A DNA stretch of 64,000 nucleotides from Bosea sp. (in: a-proteobacteria) (GCF_051860145.1 NZ_JBHYEM010000002.1:277780-341779); one strand, 5' to 3'. Shown: positions 18,290-28,222, numbered from the stretch's first letter. The notes: generated by a model not told the origin, from the sequence alone. Program-made: numbers and translations.

Positions 18290-18465
18290 GTCGCACCTCA
18301 TTGGCCAGGTACCGGAGATGGTCGGCCGCGCCAGTTGAAGGCCTGAGCCGCGTCAGAAATATGGACGCCGCGCGGCCGGGAGCATTGGCGAGCCCGGCGT
18401 TTCGCGGCACTGTGCGGCCGATTCCGCGCGCCGGCACCGGCCCCCGACGCGGCAAAGGAGACCGA

Positions 18466-20139
18466 ATGCCGACCGATATCGAGATTGCCCGCGCGACCCG
18501 TCTCGCGCCGATCGCCGCCATCGCCGAGAAGGTCGGAATTCCGGAGGAAGCGCTCCATCCCTACGGCAAGTTCATCGCCAAGGTGGACAGTGTCGCCATC
18601 CCGGATTTCGAGGCGCGCCCGGATGGCCGCCTGATCCTCGTCACCGCGATCAGCCCGACCCCGGCCGGCGAAGGCAAGACCACGACCACGGTCGGCCTCG
18701 GCGACGGGCTCGCGCGTCTCGGCAAGCGCGCCATGATCGCCCTGCGCGAGCCCTCGCTCGGCCCCTGCTTCGGCATGAAGGGCGGCGCGGCCGGCGGCGG
18801 CTATGCCCAGGTCGTGCCGATGGAGCAGATCAACCTGCATTTCACCGGCGATTTCCACGCCATCACCAGCGCGCATAATCTGCTCGCCGCCCTGCTCGAC
18901 AACCACATCCATTGGGGCAACACGCTCGATCTCGACGCGCGCAACATCGCGCTGCGCCGGGTCATGGACATGAACGACCGCGCCCTGCGGCAGCTCGTCT
19001 CTTCGCTCGGCGGCAACGGCAATGGCTATCCGCGCGAGGACGGGTTCGACATCACCGTCGCCTCGGAGGTGATGGCGATCTTCTGCCTCGCCAAGGACCA
19101 TGCCGATCTCGAGGAACGGCTCGGCCGCATCGTCGTCGGCCGCAGCCGCGGCAAGCGCCCGGTCACCGCCGCCGAGCTGAAGGCGACGGGCGCGATGAGC
19201 GTCCTGCTCAAGGACGCGATCATGCCCAATCTGGTGCAATCGCTCGAGGGCACGCCGGCCTTCGTCCATGGTGGCCCCTTCGCCAATATCGCCCATGGCT
19301 GCAATTCGGTGATCGCGACCCGCGCTGCGCTCAAGCTCGCCGATTACGTCGTCACCGAAGCCGGCTTCGGCGCCGATCTCGGCGCGGAGAAGTTCTTCGA
19401 CATCAAATGCCGCAAGGCCGGGCTGAAACCCGCCGTCGCGGTCGTCGTCGCCACCGTTCGTGCGCTGAAGATGCATGGTGGTGTGGCCAGGGACGCGCTC
19501 GGCCAGGAAGATCTGCACGCGCTTCAGGCCGGCCTCGCCAATCTCACCCGCCATGTCGAGAACATCCGCAAGTTCGGCGTGCCGCCGATCGTGGCGATCA
19601 ACAACTTCACCAGCGACACCGCGGCCGAGCACGAGCTGATCCGCAATTTCTGCCGCAACCATCTCGGCGTCGAGGCGGTGATCTGCCGGCACTGGGCCGA
19701 GGGTGGCGCCGGCGCCGAGGAGCTGGCGCACAAGGTCGCCGAGCTCGCGGAAAGCGGCGAGGCCGATTTCGAGCCGCTCTATCCCGACGCCATGCCGCTG
19801 CGCGAGAAGCTCGAGACCATCGCCCGCGAGATCTACGGCGCCGTCGGCATCTCGCATGACGCCAGGGTGGCGGCACGCTTCGCCGAGCTGGAAGAGGCCG
19901 GGCACGGCCATCTGCCGGTCTGCGTGGCCAAGACGCAATATTCCTTCTCGGCCGACCCGACCAAGCGTGGCGCGCCCTCCGGCCATATCGTCCCGGTCCG
20001 CGAGCTGCGCCTGTCGGCCGGCGCCGGCTTCGTGGTCGCGATCTGCGGGGACATCATGACGATGCCGGGCCTGCCGCGGCAGCCGGCAGCCGAACGCATC
20101 CATATCGACGCACAAGGCCAGATCGAAGGCCTGTTCTGA
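18466..20139 (+). CDS. fhs: formate--tetrahydrofolate ligase
   Basis: ATG at 18466 after AAAGGAGA; 557 aa: ..[20 protein letters not shown]...[15 protein letters not shown].. Confidence 0.93.
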   Translation: MPTDIEIARATRLAPIAAIAEKVGIPEEALHPYGKFIAKVDSVAIPDFEARPDGRLILVTAISPTPAGEGKTTTTVGLGDGLARLGKRAMIALREPSLGPCFGMKGGAAGGGYAQVVPMEQINLHFTGDFHAITSAHNLLAALLDNHIHWGNTLDLDARNIALRRVMDMNDRALRQLVSSLGGNGNGYPREDGFDITVASEVMAIFCLAKDHADLEERLGRIVVGRSRGKRPVTAAELKATGAMSVLLKDAIMPNLVQSLEGTPAFVHGGPFANIAHGCNSVIATRAALKLADYVVTEAGFGADLGAEKFFDIKCRKAGLKPAVAVVVATVRALKMHGGVARDALGQEDLHALQAGLANLTRHVENIRKFGVPPIVAINNFTSDTAAEHELIRNFCRNHLGVEAVICRHWAEGGAGAEELAHKVAELAESGEADFEPLYPDAMPLREKLETIAREIYGAVGISHDARVAARFAELEEAGHGHLPVCVAKTQYSFSADPTKRGAPSGHIVPVRELRLSAGAGFVVAICGDIMTMPGLPRQPAAERIHIDAQGQIEGLF

Positions 20140-20283
20140 CAAAATAGAGGCAAGCTCAAAGCCCCGGAACGGATGATTTTCATCTTTGTCCGTGCAAGCA
20201 TCACGACAGAATCAAGCTGAACCGGGATCGTCGCGCCATGGCATCCAGTTGCGTTCGGCGGACGGGTCGGGGTTCTGGTCGGG

Positions 20284-22053
20284 ATGAAGGCAGTCACCGC
20301 TTGGCGGGTCTTTGCGTCAGGGCTGAGGGGCCGGGTGCTGCTGCTGACGCTCGCCGCGCTGCTGGCAGTCGCGATCCCCTCGACGGCCGCCTTCCTCTGG
20401 ATCGTCAACGCGACCGTGGTGAAGCTCGGCACGCTCTTCGCCGAGAAGCAGATCCTGTTCGACCGCTATCGCGGCCTGGAATCGCTGATGCGCGAGGTCT
20501 CGCTGGCCGAGACCGTGGCGCGCTCGCCGGCGATCCTGGCCTGGGCGCAGGCTGAGGACGACCCGCAGAAAGCCGAGCGCGGTCTCGCCGAACTCGAGCA
20601 CTATCGCCTTTCCTTCAAGGACAAGAGCTATTTCATCGTGCTCGACGGCTCGGGCAACTACTATTTCAACGACAAGGACAACACCTACGAGCACGCGCGC
20701 AAGCGCTATACGCTGTCGCCCGAGAACCCCCGCGACGGCTGGTATTACAAGACCGTCCCGCTCGGCTCAGGCTGCCACCTCAATGTCGACCATGACGACA
20801 ACCTCGCGGTCACCAAGGTCTGGATCAACTGCATCATCACCTTCGATGGCAAGGTCCTGGGCGTCATTGGCACCGGCGTCGATCTCAGCCAGTTCATCCG
20901 CGAGGTCGTCGATATACCGCAGACCGGCGTCCAGAGCATCTTCGTCGACCGCAACGGCGCGGTGCAGGCCCATCGCGATCCGCGCCTGGTCGATTTCCAC
21001 AGCCTGACCAAGGACCTCAAGGCCAAGAAGACGATCTTCAACCTCGTCGATGACGAGGCCGACCGGAGCGCGCTCGCCGCGATGATGACGCAGGTCGCCC
21101 GCAGCGAAGCTTTGGTGCAGTCGCGCTTCATGAGCGTCGACGGCCGCGAGACGCTCGTCGGCGTCGGCTATCTCGACAAGCTGGGCTGGTTCAACGTCAC
21201 CCTGATGGATGTCGGCCAGATCATCGACCGGCGTCTCTTCGCGCCGATCGCGCTGCTGCTGGCAGGGATCCTGATCGCCGCCGCAGGCTTGATGACCTTC
21301 CTCTTCAAGCGCAGCGTGCTCGATCGCCTCGCGCGCATGGAAACCTCGGTCATGCGGGTCAGGGCCGGTTCGTTCGAGCCCTCCGACATCGACGCCAAAG
21401 CCGATGAGATCGGCCGGCTCTCGCGCGCGCTCGACGAGATGGCCCGGGCCGTCGGCGACAACACCAACCGCCTCGAGATCATGGTCCGGGAGCGCACTGA
21501 GACGCTGGAGCACCTCGCCCATCACGACCCGCTCACCTCGATCCTCAATCGCCGCGGCTTCGAGGAGGCCTTCACCCAGGAGCAGAACCGGGCCTTGCGG
21601 GCCGGGCGCCATTCCGCCCTGGCGCTGGTCGATCTCGACGACTTCAAGACGATCAATGACAGCCATGGCCACCAGGCCGGCGACCTCGTGATCGTGGAGG
21701 TGGTGCGCCGCATGTCGGAGGTGCTGCGCAACTACGACACCTGCGCCCGCTGGGGCGGCGACGAGTTCATCCTGCTCCTTGCGGAAACCGATCTCGCCGC
21801 GCTCTCTGCGATCGCGGCCAAGCTCGTCGCCGAGATCAGGTCAAAGCCGGTTCGCCTCGACGAGACGCGCGAGATCACTGTGACGGTCAGCATCGGCGCC
21901 TGTCTGGTCAATCCGCTGGAAAGCCTGTCCAGCGCCGCCGCGCATGCCGATGCAGCGCTCTATGCCGCCAAGCATGGCGGCCGCGACACCTTCGTGATCT
22001 ACGACGCGGCGCGCCACGGCCAGGCCGGCCATCCGGCGCTGCGCCTCGGCTGA
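20284..22053 (+). CDS. sensor diguanylate cyclase (N-terminal TM, Cache-like periplasmic domain, HAMP, GGDEF)
   Basis: 589 aa: a TM segment, a region of about 270 aa, a second TM, a HAMP-like segment (..ADEIGRLSRALDEMARAV..), then a GGDEF domain with an intact GGDEF motif and an RNYD I-site 5 residues upstream. Confidence 0.85.
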   Translation: MKAVTAWRVFASGLRGRVLLLTLAALLAVAIPSTAAFLWIVNATVVKLGTLFAEKQILFDRYRGLESLMREVSLAETVARSPAILAWAQAEDDPQKAERGLAELEHYRLSFKDKSYFIVLDGSGNYYFNDKDNTYEHARKRYTLSPENPRDGWYYKTVPLGSGCHLNVDHDDNLAVTKVWINCIITFDGKVLGVIGTGVDLSQFIREVVDIPQTGVQSIFVDRNGAVQAHRDPRLVDFHSLTKDLKAKKTIFNLVDDEADRSALAAMMTQVARSEALVQSRFMSVDGRETLVGVGYLDKLGWFNVTLMDVGQIIDRRLFAPIALLLAGILIAAAGLMTFLFKRSVLDRLARMETSVMRVRAGSFEPSDIDAKADEIGRLSRALDEMARAVGDNTNRLEIMVRERTETLEHLAHHDPLTSILNRRGFEEAFTQEQNRALRAGRHSALALVDLDDFKTINDSHGHQAGDLVIVEVVRRMSEVLRNYDTCARWGGDEFILLLAETDLAALSAIAAKLVAEIRSKPVRLDETREITVTVSIGACLVNPLESLSSAAAHADAALYAAKHGGRDTFVIYDAARHGQAGHPALRLG

Positions 22054-23091
22054 TCAGCCGAAGGCGAGCTGCACCTTCATCGCCCGCGACTTGTCGCCGG
22101 CAAGCTCGAAGGCCTCGACCGCGCGCTCGACCGGGATCGAGGCGGTCAGCAGCGGCGAGAGATCGACGCTGCCGGAGCCGATCATCGCGACCGCCCAGTC
22201 GAACTCTTCATGGAAGCGGAACGAGCCGCGCAGGTCGAATTCCTTCGCGACCAGCACGTTCATCGGCAAGGTGAAATTCCCGCCGACGCCGATCTGCACG
22301 ATGACGCCGCCGGGCCGCACGACATCGAAGGCGCCGGTCAGCGCATGCTGGTTGCCGGAGGCCTCGAACATCACGTCGAAGGCCCCCTTCTCGGCGCCGA
22401 ACTCGGCCTTGAGCCGGTCGGGCTCCGCCATCACGTTGATCGCGGCCGTCGCGCCCATTTTCAGCGCCGTCGGCAACGGGCCGTCGACGACATCCGTCGC
22501 CACGATCTCTGCGGCGCCGGCCGCCTTCGCCGCGACGATGGTGAGCACGCCGATCGGCCCGGAGCCCGTCACCAGCACGCGCTTGCCGAGCAGCGGCCCG
22601 GCGCGCTTGACGGCATGCAGGCAGACCGAGAGCGGCTCGGCGAAGGCCGCCTGCGCGGCCGGCACATGCGAGGGCAGCTTGACGGCCTGTCGCTCCTCGA
22701 CCACGAGCACCTCGCGGAACCCGCCCTGGACATGGGGGAAGCGCATGGCGCTGCCATAGAACAGCATGTCCGTGCAGTGCTGCTGCTGGCCCGCCTGGCA
22801 GTAGCGGCACTTGCCGCAGGCGCGGCTCGGATTGACGGCGACGCGGTCGCCCGCCTTCACCCGCGAGACCTCCGCGCCAACGGCATCGACCGTGCCGGCG
22901 ATCTCATGGCCGAGGATCATCGGCTCGCGCACCCGGATCGTGCCGAAGCCGCCATGCTGGTAGTAATGCAGGTCGGAGCCGCAGATGCCACCGGCCTCGA
23001 TGCGCACGCGCACATCGAGCGGGCCGAGCTCGGGAACCGCCCTCTCCTCGACCCTGAGGTCCTTGGCGGCATGGATGACGACGGCGCGCAT
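22054..23091 (-). CDS. idnD: L-idonate 5-dehydrogenase (Zn-dependent MDR family)
   Basis: 345 aa, closely collinear with E. coli IdnD as I remember it: ..GGICGSDLHYYQHGGFG...GHE..G...CGKCRYC...CTDMLFYGSAMRFPHVQGGF...GDKSRAMKVQLAF. Confidence 0.85.
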   Translation of the reverse strand: MRAVVIHAAKDLRVEERAVPELGPLDVRVRIEAGGICGSDLHYYQHGGFGTIRVREPMILGHEIAGTVDAVGAEVSRVKAGDRVAVNPSRACGKCRYCQAGQQQHCTDMLFYGSAMRFPHVQGGFREVLVVEERQAVKLPSHVPAAQAAFAEPLSVCLHAVKRAGPLLGKRVLVTGSGPIGVLTIVAAKAAGAAEIVATDVVDGPLPTALKMGATAAINVMAEPDRLKAEFGAEKGAFDVMFEASGNQHALTGAFDVVRPGGVIVQIGVGGNFTLPMNVLVAKEFDLRGSFRFHEEFDWAVAMIGSGSVDLSPLLTASIPVERAVEAFELAGDKSRAMKVQLAFG

Positions 23092-23214
23092 GGCTGTTCT
23101 CCAGGAGCGGACCTTGCCGGATTCGGCCGATCTGCGATTGTCTAATCGATTGAAAGATGCTTACCCGCCCGATGCTGCCGGGCCAAATCGAATTTTGCGA
23201 ACCGAGGATACGCC

Positions 23215-23982
23215 ATGTCGCTGTCGCTGTTCAGCCTTGAAGGCAAGATCGCCCTCGTCACCGGCTCGGGCCAGGGCATCGGGCTGGCGATGGCCGAAGG
23301 CATGAGCGAAGCCGGCGCCCATGTCGTGCTCAACGGCCGCAACAAGGGCAAGCTCGAGGCGGCGCGCGCCGCGATCACCGGCGCCGGCCGCAAGGCCTCG
23401 GTCGCCGCCTTCGATGTCACCGACCAGGAGGCGGTCGAAGCCGGCATCGCCGCGATCGAGGCCGAGATCGGGCCGATCGACATCCTGATCAACAATGCCG
23501 GCACGCAGAAACGCGCGCCCTTCACCGAATTCCCGGTCGAGGACTGGCATTTCCTCGTCGCCACCAATCTCCATTCGGTGTTCTACGTCACCCAGGCGGT
23601 GACCAGGCGCATGGTCCCGCGCGGGCACGGCAAGGTCGTCAATATCGGCTCGGTGATGAGCGAGCTCGGCCGCCCGACCATCGTGCCCTATACGGCCACC
23701 AAGGGCGCGGTGAAGATGATGACGCGCGGTCTCGCCGCCGAGCTCGGCAAGCACAACATCCAGATCAACGCCATCGGCCCGGGCTATATCGTCACCGAGC
23801 TCAACCAGGTGCTGATCGCCGACGAGACCTTCTCGGGTTGGGTCAAGAGCCGCACGCCGGCCGGGCGCTGGGGCGAGACCAAGGAACTGGTCGGCGCCGC
23901 GATCTTCCTGTCCTCGGCCGCCTCGGATTTTGTGAACGGCCATCTGCTGATGGTCGATGGCGGCCTGACCTCCGTCGTCTGA
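23215..23982 (+). CDS. idnO: gluconate 5-dehydrogenase (SDR family)
   Basis: 255 aa: ..LFSLEGKIALVTGSGQGIG...NNAG...YTATKGAVKMMTRG...TPAGRWGETKELVGAAIFLSSAASDFVNGHLLMVDGG. Divergent from idnD. Confidence 0.85.
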   Translation: MSLSLFSLEGKIALVTGSGQGIGLAMAEGMSEAGAHVVLNGRNKGKLEAARAAITGAGRKASVAAFDVTDQEAVEAGIAAIEAEIGPIDILINNAGTQKRAPFTEFPVEDWHFLVATNLHSVFYVTQAVTRRMVPRGHGKVVNIGSVMSELGRPTIVPYTATKGAVKMMTRGLAAELGKHNIQINAIGPGYIVTELNQVLIADETFSGWVKSRTPAGRWGETKELVGAAIFLSSAASDFVNGHLLMVDGGLTSVV

Positions 23983-23994
23983 ACCCGGCGGGGC

Positions 23995-24402
23995 TCAGTC
24001 GCCATTCCCGTTCTTTTCGCGCGCGACCTTGGCGCGATCCTCGAACTCGGACCGCATCGCCTCGAGCTTCTCCTCGTCGAGCTCCTCGAGATCGAGCAGC
24101 TCCTCGCGCGCGCCTTCCAGACGCACGATCAGCTCGTCGAGCTTGATCTGCATCGCGGCGGTGTCGCGGTTCTGGCTGTTCTGGATGATGAAGACCATCA
24201 GGAAGGTGACGATGGTCGTGGAGGTGTTGATCACCAGCTGCCAGGTGTCGTTGAAGCCGAAGAACGGCCCCGACAGCGCCCAGACGACGATGATGGCCAG
24301 CGCGAAGAAGAAGGTCTGCGGCTTGCCGGCCCAATGCGCCGTGACCTGGGACAGGCGCGTGAAGAATGAGCGGCCCGGATTCGAACGGCCGATTGCAGAC
24401 AT
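23995..24402 (-). CDS. low-affinity iron permease family membrane protein
   Basis: 135 aa: ..FFFALAIIVVWALSGPFFGFNDTWQLVINTSTTIVTFLMVFIIQNSQNRDTAAMQIKLDELI.., the characteristic family core. Confidence 0.75.
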   Translation of the reverse strand: MSAIGRSNPGRSFFTRLSQVTAHWAGKPQTFFFALAIIVVWALSGPFFGFNDTWQLVINTSTTIVTFLMVFIIQNSQNRDTAAMQIKLDELIVRLEGAREELLDLEELDEEKLEAMRSEFEDRAKVAREKNGNGD

Positions 24403-24480
24403 GATGCGTCCCCCGGGGCTGAAGCTTCACGCTCAACAACCCTGGCTGGAACGTTCCGTTCCGTCCTCCAGGCGCCCCGC

Positions 24481-25317
24481 TCAACCCCTCAGCCGCTGCG
24501 CATGCCATGAGACATGCTGGGCCATGAAGGTCGAGACGAAGTTGTAGGAGTGGTCGTAGCCCTCGCGCATCGTCAGCTCGATCGGGATGCCCGCCTTCTC
24601 GCAGGCCGCCTGCAGCAGCCAGGGGCGCAGGCCTTCCTCCAGGAAGCTGTCGGCCGTGCCCTGGTCGACCAGGAGTTCCTTGAGCCGATGGCCGTCCTCG
24701 ATCAGCGCCGTGCTGTCGTGGCTGCGCCAGGTGGCCTCGTCCGGCCCGAGATATTTTTCAAAAGCCGGGCGCGACCAGCCCGCCGTCGAGGGCTGGGTGA
24801 TCGGCGCGAAGGCCGAGACCGAGCGGAAGCGCTCGGGGTTCTTCAGCGCCAGCGTGATCGCGCCATGCCCGCCCATCGAATGGCCGAAAATGCCCTGGCG
24901 GGTCATGTCGACCGGGAAGTTATGCGCGACGATCTCGGTGAGCTCATCGAGGATATAGCTCTCCATCCGGTAGTTGCGCGCGTAAGGCTCCTGGGTCGCG
25001 TCGAGATAGAAACCGGCGCCGGAGCCAAACTGCCAGTTGTCGGGCTCGTCCGGTATGCCCTCGCCGCGCGGCGAGGTATCCGGACAAACGATCGCGATGC
25101 CGTTGGCGGCGGCGGCGGCGCGATACTCACCCTTGTCCACCACGTTCTGATGCGTGCAGGTCAGCCCGGAAAGATACCAGAGCACCGGAACCGGCCCGTC
25201 CTCGATTTGCGGCGGCAGGAAGATCGCAAAACTCATCGGGCAGGAGCAAGCCGCGCTCTCATGCCGGAAGACCCGCTGCGAGCCGCCGAAGGCCTTCGAG
25301 TTGGAGAGGAGTTCCAT
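24481..25317 (-). CDS. fghA: S-formylglutathione hydrolase
   Basis: ATG at 25317: MELLSNSKAFGGSQRVFRHES....VLWYLSGLTCTHQN...GHSMGGHGA.. (esterase D family with GHSMGG nucleophile elbow). Confidence 0.9.
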   Translation of the reverse strand: MELLSNSKAFGGSQRVFRHESAACSCPMSFAIFLPPQIEDGPVPVLWYLSGLTCTHQNVVDKGEYRAAAAANGIAIVCPDTSPRGEGIPDEPDNWQFGSGAGFYLDATQEPYARNYRMESYILDELTEIVAHNFPVDMTRQGIFGHSMGGHGAITLALKNPERFRSVSAFAPITQPSTAGWSRPAFEKYLGPDEATWRSHDSTALIEDGHRLKELLVDQGTADSFLEEGLRPWLLQAACEKAGIPIELTMREGYDHSYNFVSTFMAQHVSWHAQRLRG

Positions 25318-25348
25318 TGGCTGCCTGCTTTCAGTTCCCGGATGCGAC

Positions 25349-25445
25349 GTCATCCCGGGCGACCGAAGGGAAACCCGGGATCCATCGTGAACTACGGAGC
25401 ATTACGATGGATCCCGGCGCTACGCTGCGCTTCGGCCGGGATGAC
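25349..25445. repeat. REP/MITE-like palindromic repeat, family B (inside the frmA-fghA spacer)
   Basis: GTCATCCCGGG...CCCGGGAT / CCATCGT...ACGATGG / ATCCCGGC...GCCGGGATGAC nested inverted repeats. Confidence 0.7.
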
Positions 25446-25484
25446 GTGCAATCTGTGAGGCAAGTGGGGCCGGAAAACGGCCGA

Positions 25485-26597
25485 TCAGTACACCACCACA
25501 CTCCGGATCGACTTGCCTTCATGCATCAGGTCGAAGCCGTGGTTGATCTCGTCCAGGCTCAGCTTGTGCGTGATCAGGTCGTCGATGTTGATCTTCCCTT
25601 CCATGTACCAGTCAACGATCTTCGGCACGTCGGTGCGCCCGCGCGCCCCGCCGAAGGCCGTGCCCTTCCAGACCCGGCCGGTGACCAACTGGAACGGCCT
25701 TGTCGCGATCTCCTTGCCGGCCTCGGCGACGCCGATGATGATCGACTCGCCCCAGCCGCGATGGCAGCACTCCAGCGCCTGGCGCATCACATTGGTGTTG
25801 CCGGTGGCGTCGAAGGAGAAATCGGCACCGCCGCCGGTCAGATCGACGATCGCCTGCACCACCTTGTCGTTGCCGACCTCCTTCGGGTTGATGAAGTCGG
25901 TCATGCCGAACTTCTTCGCCATCTCCTGCTTGGCCGGATTGATGTCGACGCCGATGATCTTATCGGCGCCGACCATGCGGGCGCCCTGGATGACATTGAG
26001 GCCGATGCCGCCGAGCCCGAAGACCACGACGTTCGCGCCGGGCCAGACCTTGGCCGTGTAGATCACCGCGCCGATGCCGGTGGTTACGCCGCAGCCGATA
26101 TAGCAGATCTTGTCGAAGGGCGCGTCCTCGCGGACCTTGGCGAGCGCGATCTCGGGCAGCACCGTGAAATTCGCGAAAGTCGAGCAGCCCATATAGTGGA
26201 AGACCTCGCCGCCGTCGCAGGAGAAGCGCGAGGTGCCGTCCGGCATCACGCCCTGCCCCTGCGTGGCGCGGATCGAGGTGCAGAGATTGGTCCGGCGCGA
26301 CAGGCAGGACTTACAGCTGCGGCATTCCGGCGTGTAAAGCGGGATGACATGGTCGCCCGGCTTCAGCGTCGTCACTCCCGCGCCGACCTCGCGCACGATG
26401 CCGGCGCCCTCATGGCCGAGGATCGCCGGGAACTTGCCCTCGGAATCCAGGCCCGACAGCGTATAGGCGTCGGTATGGCAGATGCCGGTCGCCATCACCT
26501 CGACCAGCACCTCGCCGGCCTTCGGCCCGCCGATCTCGATCGTCTCGATGGTCAGCGGCTTGCCGGCCTCCCAGGCCACGGCGGCACGTGTCTTCAT
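25485..26597 (-). CDS. frmA: S-(hydroxymethyl)glutathione dehydrogenase / class III alcohol dehydrogenase
   Basis: 370 aa: [64 protein letters not shown].., a class III ADH signature. Confidence 0.93.
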   Translation of the reverse strand: MKTRAAVAWEAGKPLTIETIEIGGPKAGEVLVEVMATGICHTDAYTLSGLDSEGKFPAILGHEGAGIVREVGAGVTTLKPGDHVIPLYTPECRSCKSCLSRRTNLCTSIRATQGQGVMPDGTSRFSCDGGEVFHYMGCSTFANFTVLPEIALAKVREDAPFDKICYIGCGVTTGIGAVIYTAKVWPGANVVVFGLGGIGLNVIQGARMVGADKIIGVDINPAKQEMAKKFGMTDFINPKEVGNDKVVQAIVDLTGGGADFSFDATGNTNVMRQALECCHRGWGESIIIGVAEAGKEIATRPFQLVTGRVWKGTAFGGARGRTDVPKIVDWYMEGKINIDDLITHKLSLDEINHGFDLMHEGKSIRSVVVY

Positions 26598-26628
26598 CGG
26601 GCGTTTCCTTCTGCTGGTATCGTGGGGA

Positions 26629-26913
26629 TCATTTGAGATAGGTGCGGATCACGCGCATGATCCGCGCAATCTCGTCGGCATCATCCGGTTGCGGCGCGCC
26701 CGTCGGCGGGCCGGCCAGCATCGTCTCACGCAGGTGGCTTTCCAGCACTTCCGCCATCAGCCCGGTCGCGGCGCCACGCAGCGCCGAGAGCTGTTGCAGC
26801 AGTGCCCCACATTCCTCGCCGCGCTCCACCGCGAGGATCAGGGCATCGGCCTGGCCGCGAATGCGGCGCAGGCGCGTGACCGCGCGCTTCTTCTCTTCGG
26901 GAGTATGTGGCAT
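26629..26913 (-). CDS. frmR: formaldehyde-responsive transcriptional repressor (CsoR/RcnR/FrmR family)
   Basis: 94 aa: [35 protein letters not shown].. Pro2 and Cys35 are present (the formaldehyde cross-linking pair described for enterobacterial FrmR). First gene of the frmA-fghA cluster. Confidence 0.85.
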   Translation of the reverse strand: MPHTPEEKKRAVTRLRRIRGQADALILAVERGEECGALLQQLSALRGAATGLMAEVLESHLRETMLAGPPTGAPQPDDADEIARIMRVIRTYLK

Positions 26914-26923
26914 CTGCCCCCTG

Positions 26924-26940
26924 ATACTGGGGTGGAGTAT
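26924..26940 (-). promoter_or_regulatory. candidate FrmR/RcnR-type operator (TACT-G/C tract-AGTA)
   Basis: ATACTGGGGTGGAGTAT lies 11-27 nt upstream of the frmR ATG. It has a 5-bp inverted repeat around a 7-nt G-rich tract, like the TACT-G6-N-AGTA sites of RcnR/FrmR. Confidence 0.55.
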
Positions 26941-26997
26941 TATTCTCCGATTTAGAGCGGCAAGGAGTCCGAAGTCAACATAACCGCTCGGAGGCGC

Positions 26998-27894
26998 CTA
27001 GAAACTCCAGCCGATATCGACTTGAACGAGATGGCGGCTGAAATTGGTCAGGTCGAGCGGGCCGCGGCGGCCACGCTCATGGCCTGTGACCTGGACATTG
27101 TAGGCGATGGACAGCGCCAGCCGCTCGGTCGCCTGCCAATAGAGGCCGGGCCCCACGAAGGTGGCGTGGCCGGCATGGTTGCCGAAGCCGAGTGAATTCT
27201 GCTGCCGCAGATGCCGGACCTCGCCACTGAGGTAGATGCCGTCGGCGAACTGCCAGGCCAGGGCCGCACCGACCGCGAAGGTCGAGGAGCGCGAGAAAGG
27301 CTCGGTCCCGTTCCAGATCATGTTGTGCGAGAGGTTGAGGGCAGCGTAGAGCGTCTCCGGAATCAGGACGCGGTCGGCGAGCACCTTGAAGCCGGTGTTG
27401 TAGCTGTCGAAGCGGCCGGTCTGCCTGTCGTCGTTGCGCTCGACACCGACATCCATGCCGAAAGTCAGGCCGAAACCGTGATGGCTGTGATTGAGCAGGC
27501 GGTAGCGCATTTCCAGGCCGGCGCCGTGGCTCCTGTCCTTGAGCCGCTCGCGGGCGATGACCGAGCGTGTCGTGCCGCCGAACAGCGAGGCGCCGATCTC
27601 GAGGCAAGGCAGGATTCCATAGGAACCGAGCAATGTGGCGCCGCGGTTGAGCGAGCGCCCCTCGCGAACACCAGCATTGCCACCCAGCGTCAGGCCAAGG
27701 CTGCCGCCGCCGAGATCGACGATGCCCGAGCTGTCGGTGAAGCCGAAGGCGTCAGTCGGCGCGTCATCTCCCCCATCACAGACCGAGGTGGCGCCAGGCC
27801 GCGGCACGGCCTCGGCCGCCGAGGCGGGAGCGCCCCAGCTCGGCGCGATCGCGGCGAGCACCAAGGCCGACCGGGCCAAGCGGCTAAGCATCAT
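26998..27894 (-). CDS. outer-membrane beta-barrel protein (paralog of 13454-14353)
   Basis: ATG at 27894 (or 27891); signal peptide MMLSRLARSALVLAAIAPSWGAPASA; C-terminal ..VQVDIGWSF. Shares TDAFGFT, LYAALNLS, YLSGEVRH and GHATF.GPG.YWQAT blocks with the 13454 gene. Confidence 0.75.
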   Translation of the reverse strand: MMLSRLARSALVLAAIAPSWGAPASAAEAVPRPGATSVCDGGDDAPTDAFGFTDSSGIVDLGGGSLGLTLGGNAGVREGRSLNRGATLLGSYGILPCLEIGASLFGGTTRSVIARERLKDRSHGAGLEMRYRLLNHSHHGFGLTFGMDVGVERNDDRQTGRFDSYNTGFKVLADRVLIPETLYAALNLSHNMIWNGTEPFSRSSTFAVGAALAWQFADGIYLSGEVRHLRQQNSLGFGNHAGHATFVGPGLYWQATERLALSIAYNVQVTGHERGRRGPLDLTNFSRHLVQVDIGWSF

Positions 27895-28034
27895 GCGGAA
27901 ATCCCCCTTGCTGCCGTCAGCCAAGCAGGGAGCCGCTTAAGTGCCCATGAACAGATTGTGCTGTGCCGATCGATCTCTAACGGCGAACTTAACCTAAGGT
28001 AACTTAGGCCGGGCGCATTGAAGCGATCCGTTCG

Positions 28035-28071
28035 TTGCCGCGATTTCGAGCGGCAAGATTTCGAGCGGCAA
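28035..28071. repeat. inverted repeat plus perfect 15-bp tandem duplication in the OMP promoter region
   Basis: TTGCCGC-GATTTCGA-GCGGCAA, followed by an exact second GATTTCGAGCGGCAA unit (28042-28056 and 28057-28071). Confidence 0.5.
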
Positions 28072-28157
28072 GACGCGGCGCGGCGTCGCCGCGAAATAGT
28101 AGCGCTCGATGATCAGAGCGGGGCGCACCACCTTTGTGCTTACCCCTATACGGCACG

Positions 28158-28193
28158 GCTCAAACGAACGGCGCGGTCTTTCGACCGCGCCGT
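28158..28193 (-). terminator. intrinsic terminator downstream of the porin gene
   Basis: On the minus strand, ACGGCGCGGTC-GAAA-GACCGCGCCGT (11-bp stem) followed by TCGTTTGAG, about 30 nt after the stop at 28223. Confidence 0.6.
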
Positions 28194-28222
28194 CAAAATC
28201 GTCGTCGAGGCTGGAAAACCGT

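Noticed and set aside
18290-18465. ZTP (pfl) riboswitch upstream of fhs.
   Set aside because: An ACTGGCG-like string occurs only on the opposite strand. The ordered hallmarks (ACUGGCG, CCGGGGAGC, CGCCUGGGC pseudoknot) are not present on the fhs strand.
24377-24388. tRNA T-arm-like string GGATTCGAACGG.
   Set aside because: It lies inside the iron-permease-family CDS (encoding ..NPGRS..) with no acceptor or anticodon arms around it. No tRNA-like cloverleaf was found anywhere in the window.
27993-28008. Possible CtrA half-sites (TTAAC..TAAC) near the second OMP promoter.
   Set aside because: The first or second half deviates from TTAA. The sequence is better described as the 6-4-6 palindrome CCTAAG-GTAA-CTTAGG of unknown meaning.
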